Part shown: positions 48,074-58,166 of the stretch, piece after piece
Numbering within the stretch: position 1 is the first letter of the stretch
Layout of the letters: every line of letters begins with the position of its first letter
Notes under the pieces: model-generated
Database searches by the model: none
The model's input: the letters and a program-made list of their open reading frames with translations, nothing else
Told to the model about the DNA's origin: nothing
Origin: an uncultured Candidatus Saccharibacteria bacterium
GTDB lineage: Bacteria; Patescibacteriota; Minisyncoccia; Minisyncoccales; GWA2-46-15
Assembly: GCA_964437545.1 (NCBI GenBank)
Contig: CAYTHH010000001.1
Coordinates: forward strand, 14,381 to 78,380
Direction of reading: 5' to 3'
Length of the DNA: 64,000 nucleotides
Program-made: the position numbers and the translations under genes

Positions 48074-49768
48074 TTATTCGGTTTGGTAGTCAGGCGGAAT
48101 TTGCCAGAGATCAATAATGTATTTGGCTAAGTCATGAAAAATAGGCATAGCAGAGTATTCGGCAGTATTAGTTTCGGGATTATCAAGCTTGACCAGGATC
48201 AGGAACTCAGGATTAAAAGCCGGAGCAAAGCCGGCGAAAGACTGAATAGTTTTGTCAGAATAACCAGACTTGTTAATTCCTAGCGCTGGCCAGGAAACCT
48301 GAGCAGTGCCGGTTTTACCGGCAATCAAATATCCTGGGATCTTGGCTTTTTTGCTATAACCATTTTCGATAACACTAATCATCATTGAAGTTACTTCAGC
48401 GCTTGTTTTAGAAGAAATAATGTTTTGAGATAGCTCGGGTTGGATTTCTTGAACCAAACGATTGCCGTTAATTTCATTAACTATTTCTTTAATTAAATGG
48501 GGTTTTGGCATTTTGCCATTATTAGCAATGGCGCAATATGCTTGGATCAACTGGATAGGAGTGATCTCAATGCCTTGACCAAAGCTGGCAGTGGCAAAGT
48601 TGATTTCATAACCTTTTTTAAATTCCTGGTTTTTAGAATAAACCTCTCCTCCGGTATCAATATTGGTTTTTTCAAAGAAGCCGAACTTATCCAGGTATTC
48701 CAAGAAAAGACTGGAGCCCAGTTGTTGCTCAGCAAAAACAGCTCCGGTATTGATTGATTTCTCCAAAACCTGGGTCATGGTTTGCTCGCCATGAGTTCTT
48801 TTTGAATAGTTATAGATTGGGATTTCACCGATTCTGACAATGCCTTCGTCAATATAAGTGGTTTCCGGAGTTATTTTCCCTTCTTCAAGGGCAGCGGCCA
48901 TGGTAAATGGTTTAAAAACAGATCCTGGTTCAAAAATGCTTTGAATGGCTTGGTTTTGGAAAACAGCCATATCTTTTTCTTGTTCGTAATTGTTAGGATT
49001 AAAATTAGGAAAGCTGGCTAAAGCGATGATTTCTCCAGAACTAGGCTTAATAACAATAATTGTGCCCGACTCAATATTTAAATTTTCCTTAGCTTGTATT
49101 AATAGTTTTTCAGCTTCGAATTGAACCTGATGATCAAGTGTTAGGATAAGGGTGCTACCTCTCTTTATCTCTTCCATAGGGTCAGAAGAGATCAATAAGC
49201 CGCTCAAACCTTTTTCTCCCCTAACAATGCCTTGATCTCCCTTTAAAATTTCTTGGTAATAGCTTTCAAGACCATATTGACCCTGCTCTTCAGAGTCGAC
49301 AAAACCAACTAGACTTGAAGCCATTGTTCCTTGGGGGAAAATTCTGGAATCTTCCTGACCGATATGAATTCCGGGAAAATTGATTCTCTGCAGTTTATCA
49401 ACCTGATCTACACTTGCTTTGGTTTCTAATAATTCATAAAAGCTGTCATTATTAACTTTTTCTTCAATAAAACCTTCTTCCAGATCTAGAATCTGTTTTA
49501 AGGCTTCTTTAGTTTTTTCTTTATCTTCAATTTCCCCTGGCGAGATGTAAACAAAATATCGGATTTTGTTAGTAGCCAATTTTTCTCCGTTGGCAAAAAG
49601 AATTTCTCCTCTGGCGCCGGTAACATTCTCAAAAAATCTTTGTTGGCCTTGAGCCATAGCTTTGTAAAACTTGCCATTTAGTACTTGAATCCAAAACAAG
49701 CGGCCAATAATGGCCGCTCCGATTAAGAATAACAGAAAAATGATCAGGTTTAATCTTTTATTATTCAT
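48074..49768 (-). CDS. ftsI: peptidoglycan D,D-transpeptidase (class B PBP) FtsI
   Basis: SVFKPF (SxxK), SIN (SxN), KTGTAQ (KTG) motifs, N-terminal TM. Sits in the dcw cluster. Confidence 0.85.
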   Translation of the reverse strand: MNNKRLNLIIFLLFLIGAAIIGRLFWIQVLNGKFYKAMAQGQQRFFENVTGARGEILFANGEKLATNKIRYFVYISPGEIEDKEKTKEALKQILDLEEGFIEEKVNNDSFYELLETKASVDQVDKLQRINFPGIHIGQEDSRIFPQGTMASSLVGFVDSEEQGQYGLESYYQEILKGDQGIVRGEKGLSGLLISSDPMEEIKRGSTLILTLDHQVQFEAEKLLIQAKENLNIESGTIIVIKPSSGEIIALASFPNFNPNNYEQEKDMAVFQNQAIQSIFEPGSVFKPFTMAAALEEGKITPETTYIDEGIVRIGEIPIYNYSKRTHGEQTMTQVLEKSINTGAVFAEQQLGSSLFLEYLDKFGFFEKTNIDTGGEVYSKNQEFKKGYEINFATASFGQGIEITPIQLIQAYCAIANNGKMPKPHLIKEIVNEINGNRLVQEIQPELSQNIISSKTSAEVTSMMISVIENGYSKKAKIPGYLIAGKTGTAQVSWPALGINKSGYSDKTIQSFAGFAPAFNPEFLILVKLDNPETNTAEYSAMPIFHDLAKYIIDLWQIPPDYQTE

Positions 49769-49787
49769 CTCCCCCTACCTATGCTTT

Positions 49788-50108
49788 TTACCTGGCAACA
49801 ACACTTTTTTCCATAGCTTGGATAAAGCTGACACTTTGGGCCTTTTCCAGTCCTAGGTTACTGATTAGCTCTTCAAGATTAGAGAGAGAATTTTCTTGGG
49901 TTGCGCTGGCTTCTAAAAACTGGTTTTCTTCTTTCAAGTTAGTTAATTTTTCCTGGAGATGTTGTAATTGGTAGGTTCTGGCAATGATTTGATTATTTTG
50001 CCAGAAAAAAATTGAAGCTAAGGTTATTAAGAGAGCAATGCTAGTTAAGCTAGCTAGCAACCAGAATTTCTGGTTTGTTTTCGTCGGAGCGTAAACTAAA
50101 ACATTCAT
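49788..50108 (-). CDS. ftsL: cell division protein FtsL-like
   Basis: 106 aa, TM then coiled coil, located between rsmH and ftsI. Confidence 0.6.
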   Translation of the reverse strand: MNVLVYAPTKTNQKFWLLASLTSIALLITLASIFFWQNNQIIARTYQLQHLQEKLTNLKEENQFLEASATQENSLSNLEELISNLGLEKAQSVSFIQAMEKSVVAR

Positions 50109-50986
50109 ATTATTTTTTGCACCACTCTTAATTTTGCTGATCTTGATCGTTGGTTAGTTTGTAATTCTTGGGCACTGGCCACGATTGGTTTTTTGGTCAG
50201 GACCTTAACCCTTTCTTCTGTTTTAAAAAAATGTTTGACTATTCTATCTTCTAAAGAATGGAAAGAGATAACAGCTAGCTTGCCTCCTTTATCCATAATG
50301 TCAATCGCTTGAGGCAGAGCAATCTGCAGGTTTTCCAGTTCGTTGTTGACGGCAATTCTCAAGGCCATAAAAGTTCTGGTGGCTGGATTTATTCTCCCCT
50401 TTTCGTAGTTTGCCGGCACTGATTTTTTAATGATCTCAACCAGCTCTAGGGTTGTCTTGATTTGTTTAGTTTTTCTTCTCAAGACAATGTTTTCAGCAAT
50501 CTTTTTAGCGAATCTTTCCTGACCGAACTCTTTAAAAATTCTTTCCAGTTCCGGTTTGCTCCAGTAATTAACGATTTTATCTGCGGTTAAGCCTTCTTTT
50601 CCCGCTAAGGACATAATCAAGGGTTCGTCTCTTAAAAAGCTGAAACCCCGACCCGATTCCTGTAACTGCCAGCTGGAAATACCCAGATCCATAACAATTC
50701 CTTTTATTTTTGAAAAATTCCTATTGGCAACAATCCTTTTTAAATTTACAAAGTTATCATTAACCAGAATTATTCTCTTGTCATATTTGAAGTCCTTTAA
50801 GATCTTGGCTGTCGTTGCTAGAATTTCTTGGTCTTGCTCAATACCCAAGACTTTTCCTTTGGGGCCGTTTCTCTTTAATATTTCCAGGCTGTGACCGGCT
50901 TGTCCCAGAGTGGCATCAACAAAGTTTTCGTTTTCTTTTGGATTTAGCCAGTCAGCTACTTCTTTTAAAAGGACGGGAATGTGCAT
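50105..50986 (-). CDS. rsmH: 16S rRNA (cytosine1402-N4)-methyltransferase
   Basis: MHIPVLLKEV start, SAM motif DATLGQAGHS. Confidence 0.9.
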   Translation of the reverse strand: MHIPVLLKEVADWLNPKENENFVDATLGQAGHSLEILKRNGPKGKVLGIEQDQEILATTAKILKDFKYDKRIILVNDNFVNLKRIVANRNFSKIKGIVMDLGISSWQLQESGRGFSFLRDEPLIMSLAGKEGLTADKIVNYWSKPELERIFKEFGQERFAKKIAENIVLRRKTKQIKTTLELVEIIKKSVPANYEKGRINPATRTFMALRIAVNNELENLQIALPQAIDIMDKGGKLAVISFHSLEDRIVKHFFKTEERVKVLTKKPIVASAQELQTNQRSRSAKLRVVQKII

Positions 50987-50987
50987 C

Positions 50988-51419
50988 TTAAATTCCTAAT
51001 TCTTTCAGTCTTTCGGCAATGTCGCCGCCAGCGCTTTCAGTTTTTCTTTTGTATTCTTGCCATTTAGTTTCATCCCAAATTTCAAGACGATTACTGACGC
51101 CGGCAATAACTACCTTCTTTTTCAAACTGGCATATTCTTTAAGAAAGTCAGGAACCAGAATTCTGCCTAAGTTATCAAGATTAACTTCCATGGCTCCAGT
51201 TAACATCAACCTTGAGAATCCCCTAGCATCAGCTCCAGATAAAGGAAGATTGTTTATCTTTTCTGCAAGTTTGACCCATTCTTTCATTGGATATAGAGAT
51301 AAACAATTATCTAATCCCCTGGTAATAACAGCTTTTTTTCCTAGTAATTGACGAAGCTTGGCTGGAATGGCCAATCTTTTCTTGTCGTCTATTGAATATG
51401 AGTATTCTCCTATGAACAT
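50988..51419 (-). CDS. mraZ: transcriptional regulator MraZ
   Basis: MFIGEYSYSIDDKKRLAIPAKLR N-terminus and duplicated MraZ domains. Confidence 0.9.
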   Translation of the reverse strand: MFIGEYSYSIDDKKRLAIPAKLRQLLGKKAVITRGLDNCLSLYPMKEWVKLAEKINNLPLSGADARGFSRLMLTGAMEVNLDNLGRILVPDFLKEYASLKKKVVIAGVSNRLEIWDETKWQEYKRKTESAGGDIAERLKELGI

Positions 51420-51471
51420 GTCCCTATGTATGTTCGAGAGTAAAGCTTAGCTTTACTCATAAACATGTTAG

Positions 51472-51595
51472 TTATCCCCAGTTTGGGGTGTTTTTCCCAT
51501 TGTTATCCACAATTATCCACTGTTCTCCTCGCTAATTCCACTATATCCCACTAAGAACCCTTAGTCAATCACTCAAAACCACTGTCTTTTCCACA
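51472..51595. promoter_or_regulatory. cluster of DnaA-box-like 9-mers upstream of mraZ
   Basis: TTATCCACA (51503-51511, perfect consensus), TTATCCACT (51513-51521), TTTTCCACA (51587-51595), TTATCCCCA (51472-51480). Confidence 0.5.
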
Positions 51596-51728
51596 GTTTG
51601 TACACGATTCTTGGGGGAAATGAAAAAACCGCTTTTAGGCGGATTTTGGCATGATTAACGTTTATGTTAGGGTTTAGGTTTCAATGAAGATGAGTCGGAT
51701 ATGATGGTTACGATCAGAATGAATTAGT

Positions 51729-52319
51729 TTAAATCCTAATCGAATGATTTTTAAGTTCTTTTTTGAGCTGATCGATCTCTTTGAAAACAATCGATTTTAT
51801 ACCTAATTTTTCAGCTGCTTTTATATTTCTCTCCATATTATCAACAAAGAGAGTATTTTCAGGTTTTGATTTTATTCTATCCAGAATCAATTCATAGGAT
51901 TTTGGATCAGGCTTTGCGGTTTTTAGGTCTGCTGAAGAATAAACAACGTCAAATATTTTGCCGAGATTCCCCTTATTGCGCTTAATGTCCATCCATTCGA
52001 GAGATTCATTGGCGAGAATTCCTAACTTATAATTATTATTTTTTAACTTTCTACAAAGATCCAAAATATTTTCGTCAACAGCAATAGCATCATTATATTC
52101 GTTAATTATTTTAGAAATACTTACTTCTGTTTTCTCTGCAACTGTTTTCCAAAAAGTATCAATTTTTTCTAAGCCTACTTTTAGATTTGGCCAATGGAGT
52201 CTCCAGATTTCTTTAGCTTTTTCTATAGTAAAACCATTATTTTTAAGAGTTTCGATGAAAATTGTGTCCGAGTCTGTTCCAATAACTCCTCCAAAGTCAA
52301 TAATTATTGTATCTATCAT
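51729..52319 (-). CDS. HAD-superfamily hydrolase
   Basis: Motif I IIDFGGVI at the N-terminus, 196 aa. Confidence 0.7.
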   Translation of the reverse strand: MIDTIIIDFGGVIGTDSDTIFIETLKNNGFTIEKAKEIWRLHWPNLKVGLEKIDTFWKTVAEKTEVSISKIINEYNDAIAVDENILDLCRKLKNNNYKLGILANESLEWMDIKRNKGNLGKIFDVVYSSADLKTAKPDPKSYELILDRIKSKPENTLFVDNMERNIKAAEKLGIKSIVFKEIDQLKKELKNHSIRI

Positions 52320-52360
52320 GTTTTTAGAAAAAGAATTGAAGTCTAAATAACTATATTTTT

Positions 52361-54895
52361 CTAATTAATTTTCATCCTAAAATCAGGCACTTCGATTTCA
52401 ACCCTGGCGCCTCTTTTGAGTTCTCCGGATAACAAGCCTGAGGCCAGGATATTTTCTACTTTATTCTGGATGACTCTTCTCATCTGTCTGGCTCCGAAAA
52501 TAGGATCATATCCCAACTCAACAATCTTTTCTTTTAATGGTTCGGTAATTACTAATTCAACTCCTTTTTCAATCAGATTCTTTTTTAGCTTTTGTAAAAG
52601 CAGATTAGCAATTCCCAAAAGATTTTCTTTGGTTAAAGATTTGAAGACAACCACGGCGTCAAATCTGTTAATAAATTCCGGTCTGAAAGTTCCGGTTTCA
52701 AAAACATTATTTAAAAGTTTTTCTTTTATTTTTGGCATGGCCAGATTTTCGGCAATCGCTTCAAGAATGATCTGGTAGCCGGCGTTAGAAGTGGCAATAA
52801 TAACCGTGTTTAAAAAATTAATTTTGCGGCCTAAGCCGTCAGTCATAAAACCCTCGTCTAAAATTCTCAAGAACAAATTTAAGACATTGGGATTAGCTTT
52901 TTCAATTTCATCCAAGAGTACCAGGGAAAAAGGAGTTTCTCTGACCTGGTTAACAAAAAAGCTTTGTTCCTGATTAGTTCCGATTAACCTATCCAGATCC
53001 TTAGGATTTTGGTATTCAGAAAGATCCAATCTAACAATTCTTTTTTCATCGCCAAAGTAAGTAGCCGCCAAGGCCTTGGCGGTTTCTGTTTTACCTACAC
53101 CCGTTGGTCCTAAGAATAAAAAAGTGCCCATAGGTCCTTTTCTAACCGAAATGTCAGACCTAGCTCTTCTTAATGATGAAGCCACTTCCTTAACAGCTTC
53201 TTCCTGGTTAATGATTCTTTGGTGTAAAAGGCTTTCAAGATTTAAGAGAACTTCTTTTTCTTGGCCAGATAACTGTCCGACAGGGACTTCTGTTTTCTCG
53301 GAAATGATTTCAGCGACATGCCTGGGCAATAAAACCTCTTCTTTGCTTCGAGAAACTGAAATCAAGACCTCTTCCATTAAATCAGTAGCTTTTTTAGGAA
53401 AAGGCAGAGCCGGCATATAGCGATCAGCTTTAGAAACCAGCTCTTTAATAGCCGGATAACTAATGAATTTCTTGTACTTTGCTTCCCAGTCGGGGACAAA
53501 AAGTTCCAAGAGCATAATAGTCTCATTTTGGGATATCTGGGAGATTTCCACTTTTTCAAAAAAAGGCGCTACCGGGCTATTATCAACAATCCGATGAAAG
53601 TCGGCGAAGCTAGTAATGGCCAGTATCTTAAATGTCGGGGTTTGGAGATAATTAGTAATGATACCAGAGATATCAATGGTGCCAGGGCCAGTGTGGCCGC
53701 CACCAACAAAATTATGGAGATCTTGGATTATTAAAATAATATTACTAGCAGAAAAGGCTTCATGAAATACCGCTTCTAAAACTCGGCCAGCATCATCTCT
53801 GCCTTGACAGCGGCTAATAAGTACCGGTAAATCCAGCTCAACCACTCTTTTATAGTTTAACTCCGGAACGCTTTCACCAAATAAGATTCTTTGTGTTAAG
53901 GCTTGGATAATAGCGCCTCGGCCTGATCCCGGATCTCCAACCATGAGGACATTACTGTATTCGCCTCGTGCCAAGGATCTTTCAATCTGGTCAATTTCTT
54001 TTTTGTGGCCGATAATTTCTTTAAAACCTCTTTGTGCGACAATATCAGTCCAGTCAATTGAATATTTATCAAGGTTAATAGTATAGCCGGCCGACCACTC
54101 TTTAGCCATAGATCCCATTCTGACCAAGTTTTTATATTCCCAGAATTTTTTCCTTTCCTCAATCTTTCTTTCATGGTTCTCCCACCACCAGGTTAGATTT
54201 TCAACATCTTCGGTTTTTAAGTCAGCTTCAATCAGAACCCTTTTAAATAAAGGATCGTTCTTTGACAAAGAAGTCAGGAGATTACCAGGACTGACAACTT
54301 CATATCCTCTTTCATCTGCTTTCTTTAGAGAATCAATATAAAAATCATTAAGATTTTCGTCTTTATCTCGGGGGGGGGTTTCTAATTTTTCTTGGAGAAA
54401 TTGTTTAAGGTCGCCTCGGTTAAGTAGAAGTCTTGAAAAGACAAAAGAAACCAAGGGAGAATCTTCGTAAAGCAGAGAGTAGAAAAAAATAGCCGTGTTG
54501 GGCGGAGCTTTTCTTTTCCGACAAAAGTCTTCAGTTCTTTTGACTGCTATTGAGGCCCTAAAGTCTAAGAAGCTGGCAAAATTAAAGTTTTTCGGAGCCT
54601 GCAAAACCTCTTTAATGGAAACTAAGGGTTTTGGTTTTTTGAGCTTTGAGTTAAAGAAAAGATCAAGTTCCCCAAAAATAGCAGCCAGAGATAATGATAT
54701 TATAAAAACGCCAAAAAGTTTGGCCAAAGAAGAATTGTTAAGAACGTTTGTAAAGAAGCCAAAACCAAAAGTAGCTAGCAACAAAAAAGCTAAGACAAAA
54801 AAGATTATTTTAAAAACCCCAGCGTTTTTTAAAAATGGCCATTTAGAAAAACTAATCGCTTTAGATATTTTTGATTGAGAAACATTTAATAACAT
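52361..54895 (-). CDS. Clp/Hsp100-type AAA+ ATPase (ClpC/ClpB-like) with N-terminal TM segment
   Basis: NBD2 Walker A GPTGVGKTETAKALA and Walker B LLDEIEKA. NBD1 P-loop is degenerate (GDPGSGRGAI). Two hydrophobic helices at the N-terminus. Confidence 0.75.
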   Translation of the reverse strand: MLLNVSQSKISKAISFSKWPFLKNAGVFKIIFFVLAFLLLATFGFGFFTNVLNNSSLAKLFGVFIISLSLAAIFGELDLFFNSKLKKPKPLVSIKEVLQAPKNFNFASFLDFRASIAVKRTEDFCRKRKAPPNTAIFFYSLLYEDSPLVSFVFSRLLLNRGDLKQFLQEKLETPPRDKDENLNDFYIDSLKKADERGYEVVSPGNLLTSLSKNDPLFKRVLIEADLKTEDVENLTWWWENHERKIEERKKFWEYKNLVRMGSMAKEWSAGYTINLDKYSIDWTDIVAQRGFKEIIGHKKEIDQIERSLARGEYSNVLMVGDPGSGRGAIIQALTQRILFGESVPELNYKRVVELDLPVLISRCQGRDDAGRVLEAVFHEAFSASNIILIIQDLHNFVGGGHTGPGTIDISGIITNYLQTPTFKILAITSFADFHRIVDNSPVAPFFEKVEISQISQNETIMLLELFVPDWEAKYKKFISYPAIKELVSKADRYMPALPFPKKATDLMEEVLISVSRSKEEVLLPRHVAEIISEKTEVPVGQLSGQEKEVLLNLESLLHQRIINQEEAVKEVASSLRRARSDISVRKGPMGTFLFLGPTGVGKTETAKALAATYFGDEKRIVRLDLSEYQNPKDLDRLIGTNQEQSFFVNQVRETPFSLVLLDEIEKANPNVLNLFLRILDEGFMTDGLGRKINFLNTVIIATSNAGYQIILEAIAENLAMPKIKEKLLNNVFETGTFRPEFINRFDAVVVFKSLTKENLLGIANLLLQKLKKNLIEKGVELVITEPLKEKIVELGYDPIFGARQMRRVIQNKVENILASGLLSGELKRGARVEIEVPDFRMKIN

Positions 54896-54924
54896 GGGTT
54901 TAAAATCAGGTGTTTTTTTGATGG

Positions 54925-55320
54925 CTAAAATAGCAGGCTAATACTCTTAAGAATGCTCAGGACAATTAGTAATGGCATGGCTAGCCAGATAACAATAGTG
55001 AATAGCCCGACAACAAAAATGCCAAGTTGGACAATAATGCCAAAAGAGATCATAAAAATTCTCATGATTGCTCCCAGAATTCGGGAAATCATATTTGAAA
55101 AGAAAACTTCAAAGTATTTGCCAATATCAAAACCCCGAGGATAATTCCAACGATATTGGTGCCAATAAGCAAAAAGAGTTTTAAAAAGTAAAGTGACTGA
55201 AAAATAGTTCCAGCTAAAAGCTAAAATATTCTTCCAACTCCTGAAAATTTGTTTTGGCGCCTCGATAAAGTGCCAATAAAGCCATAATAGAATAATGTTT
55301 TGGTTCAAAGTGTTTCCCAT
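54925..55320 (-). CDS. hypothetical membrane protein
   Basis: 131 aa, 3-4 TM helices. Confidence 0.35.
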   Translation of the reverse strand: MGNTLNQNIILLWLYWHFIEAPKQIFRSWKNILAFSWNYFSVTLLFKTLFAYWHQYRWNYPRGFDIGKYFEVFFSNMISRILGAIMRIFMISFGIIVQLGIFVVGLFTIVIWLAMPLLIVLSILKSISLLF

Positions 55321-55431
55321 AACTTTATTTTAGCACATTAAAATATGGGGTGGTATATATTAGGCAGCCAAGAAAAGTTGAAACTAGCTTGGGAAAAATG
55401 CAGCGCAAACAAATTAACAAACTGCGAAAGA

Positions 55432-55716
55432 TTAAATTTTTTTTAGATATACTATTTTATAAAAATCTTTATAAGTTAGGCCTTGAAAAATTAACCCGAT
55501 AAGAATGCCATAAATTAAATCATTGTAAAATTTTAAAATAACAAAAGAAATAAAGATTACAGACGAGAGAAACCAATGATGCAGGTGAATAGTGTATTTT
55601 TTAACATTAAATTTTAATGATTTTATTTTTCCCGGTCTATCATTCCTTTTTCCTGAAAGGAAAACTCCAATGCAAAAACTAATCACTACTCCGAATATAA
55701 CGATATAAATATTCAT
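55432..55716 (-). CDS. hypothetical small membrane protein
   Basis: 94 aa, 3 TM helices. Confidence 0.35.
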   Translation of the reverse strand: MNIYIVIFGVVISFCIGVFLSGKRNDRPGKIKSLKFNVKKYTIHLHHWFLSSVIFISFVILKFYNDLIYGILIGLIFQGLTYKDFYKIVYLKKI

Positions 55717-55790
55717 AAATAACTTTTTATTTAGTATGTGGGCGGTATAGGGTTCGAATCAGGGGTTAGCGTTGAATTTGAGATAAAATG

Positions 55791-55862
55791 TGGGTATTGC
55801 TGGATTCGAACCAGCGACCTTCCCGATGTGAACGGGATGCTCTACCACTGAGCTAAACACCC
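55791..55862 (-). tRNA. tRNA-Val (anticodon CAC)
   Basis: Acceptor GGGTGTT/AATACCC (one GU pair), D-arm GCTCAGTGGTAGAGC, anticodon loop TTCACAT, T-loop TTCGAAT. Confidence 0.75.
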
Positions 55863-56119
55863 AATTCTGTTAAAAGCATTATTCTTTTAACCCGCCCTTA
55901 TTATTAGTTTTTACCTTTTCAGAATACAAATGTCTAGCTTTTATCAAAAGCTAAAATCATTTATAGCAATCGAAGATTCGATATATCGGGTATTTTACCC
56001 GTTATAGCTGCTGGTATACCAGACCTCCAGTCTGTTATAATTAATTTAAGAATTAAATTAATTTCCTATTGGATATAATTAACAAAGTTAATTACTCTTT
56101 CCAGAGAGTTAATTAACCA

Positions 56120-58090
56120 ATGAAAATATTTGAGTTTCATTTTAACCCTAACCACCAAGAAGATCATATTTTTGACAGCTTTTGCTATGAGCCAAGCAGT
56201 TATAAGGAAAAGAAGCTTGGCAGTCTTTATGTTATCGGTGAGCTTAAAAACGCCATTCCCCAGAATTCAAAATTGATTAGCAACGTCGCTTTGTTATTAA
56301 AAAGAGAGTATTATTCAGCCTCTTCTCCAGAGCAAGGAATTAAAAAGGCTCTTAAAAAGGCTAATGACTTCTTTTCTGATCGGACCAAGACCGGCAATGT
56401 CAGTTGGTTGGGCAATCTATCTCTAACCGTTATAAGCTTGCACGACTTTGATTTGAATTTCAGTAAAGATGGCAAGATAAAAATGTTACTCTTAAGGCCG
56501 GGTCAGGTGACTGATATTGGCAGGAATTTTGAGATCGAAGAGTTTGAGCCTTACCCGTTAAAGATCTTTACTAATATTGTTAATGGCAGATTTTTAGAAA
56601 ATGACAAGGTTCTTGTTTTAACTGATCGGGTTTTTGAGATTTTTTCTAAGAACGACCTTTTAGAAAAGCTTTCCTTGATTCAAGATCAAAAGAGTTTGAA
56701 AGAGTTTTTCCGATCCAGAGAAAAAGATTTTGTTGAAATTTCCGGAATTTGTTTTCTTCTCTTTTTAAGCAAAGAAAATCTGCCTAAAAGCGCTTTGACC
56801 TTTAAAAAAGTAGTTCCCCCCATTTCTTTAAAAGAGATTATTGCTCCCCTAGTTAAAGTTTTCTCAATTAGGTTCAAAAGGAAGCCTCGGCCAAAATTAA
56901 ATCTCAAAATGCCAAAGATTTCTTTACCCAAGAAAGCCAAACAGAAGATGGCTTTAGATTTCTCCAGTTTTGGTAAGCAGATTTCAAAACTGAAAATTCT
57001 CTTTAATTTTAAAGACAAAAAAGTAAGAAAGAATTCGTTGTTAATCTTTTTTCTGCTTTTACTGATGATGATTGGATTTCTTTTTTCAAAAAGAGAGACA
57101 GAAACCAGATTGGCTGTTTCTCGCAACCAGTTAATTTCTGTCCAGGAAAAAATAGTCAGGGCTCAGGGCTATTTATCTTTAAACCAAAGCACCCGAGCCA
57201 ATTCTCTTTTTAGAGAAGTCCTTAAAGATGTTTTGCCTTTAATTAAAAATAATAGCCCTGTTCAGAAGGAGGCTGATATTCTGAAGGACTTGATTGAAAG
57301 AAATTTGACTCAATTAAATAAGGTTGAAGAAATTGCTGAGCCAAATCTGATTTTTAATTTTGCCGACAAAGGTTTTGCTCCACAAAGAGTGGCTCTTTAC
57401 AATGACTCTTTGTATTTTTTTACTCCGTTTCAGAAAGGAATTGTCAAACTGTCCGGTCAAGATTTAGAAAAAATTGATATTGATAAAAGTTTTAGTCTGG
57501 TCGCTCTTCTTGGTAACGATTTAGCTCTTTTTACCAAGCCCGATCAAATCTCTATTTTCGACGGCGTTCAAATTAAAGAAACCGTTACTTTAGAGCTTTT
57601 AAGCCCAAATGGTTTTGTTTCAATGGCCTCTTTTAACGATAATCTTTATTTTCTAGAAAAAGACAGTGGCCGAGTGGTAAAATATGCTCAACCTTTCTTA
57701 AAAAATGCCGATAGACCTAGTTATTGGATCAAGGCAAGAGAAAACAAAGCCCTAGAAGCTGAATCAATCAAGGTAACTGGCTTGGTCTATATCTTGGCTA
57801 AAGATAATACTATCTGGCGCTATCAAGACGGATCTTTTGACAAATCAATCGAATTATCATTTTTCCCTTTTGTTAATAACTTAATGAAATTAGTTTATTC
57901 CCCATCATTCCCTGGTTTTGCGATCTTGGAGCCTGTTGAGAAAAGAATCGTCTTAATTGATAACCAAGGACTTTTAATCAAACAGTTCCGAAGTGATAAA
58001 TTTATTAATCTCAAAGACGCAGTTTTCTCTTCAGATGGAAAATTCCTTTATGTTCTTAGTGGTTCTGAGGTTTACGAAATTAGTATTTAA
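56120..58090 (+). CDS. large hypothetical bitopic membrane protein
   Basis: 656 aa. About 300 cytoplasmic residues, a TM helix (LLIFFLLLLMMIGFLF), then an extracytoplasmic beta-rich domain of about 330 aa. Confidence 0.5.
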   Translation: MKIFEFHFNPNHQEDHIFDSFCYEPSSYKEKKLGSLYVIGELKNAIPQNSKLISNVALLLKREYYSASSPEQGIKKALKKANDFFSDRTKTGNVSWLGNLSLTVISLHDFDLNFSKDGKIKMLLLRPGQVTDIGRNFEIEEFEPYPLKIFTNIVNGRFLENDKVLVLTDRVFEIFSKNDLLEKLSLIQDQKSLKEFFRSREKDFVEISGICFLLFLSKENLPKSALTFKKVVPPISLKEIIAPLVKVFSIRFKRKPRPKLNLKMPKISLPKKAKQKMALDFSSFGKQISKLKILFNFKDKKVRKNSLLIFFLLLLMMIGFLFSKRETETRLAVSRNQLISVQEKIVRAQGYLSLNQSTRANSLFREVLKDVLPLIKNNSPVQKEADILKDLIERNLTQLNKVEEIAEPNLIFNFADKGFAPQRVALYNDSLYFFTPFQKGIVKLSGQDLEKIDIDKSFSLVALLGNDLALFTKPDQISIFDGVQIKETVTLELLSPNGFVSMASFNDNLYFLEKDSGRVVKYAQPFLKNADRPSYWIKARENKALEAESIKVTGLVYILAKDNTIWRYQDGSFDKSIELSFFPFVNNLMKLVYSPSFPGFAILEPVEKRIVLIDNQGLLIKQFRSDKFINLKDAVFSSDGKFLYVLSGSEVYEISI

Positions 58091-58166
58091 CTAAAAAACG
58101 CTCTTTTTAAAAAAGAGCGTTTTCTCAGCAGATTTAATTTCGAGTAAAACGAGAAATTTAAGCCTA

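Noticed and set aside
51438-51600. Calling this region oriC outright
   Set aside because: DnaA boxes alone are insufficient. dnaA/dnaN are not in the window and no clear AT-rich unwinding element was identified. Kept as a finding, not a feature call.
55741-55780. Additional tRNA next to tRNA-Val suggested by GGGTTCGAATC
   Set aside because: Only a T-loop-like fragment on the opposite strand. No acceptor/D/anticodon arms can be drawn. Treated as a fragment (see the tRNA finding).
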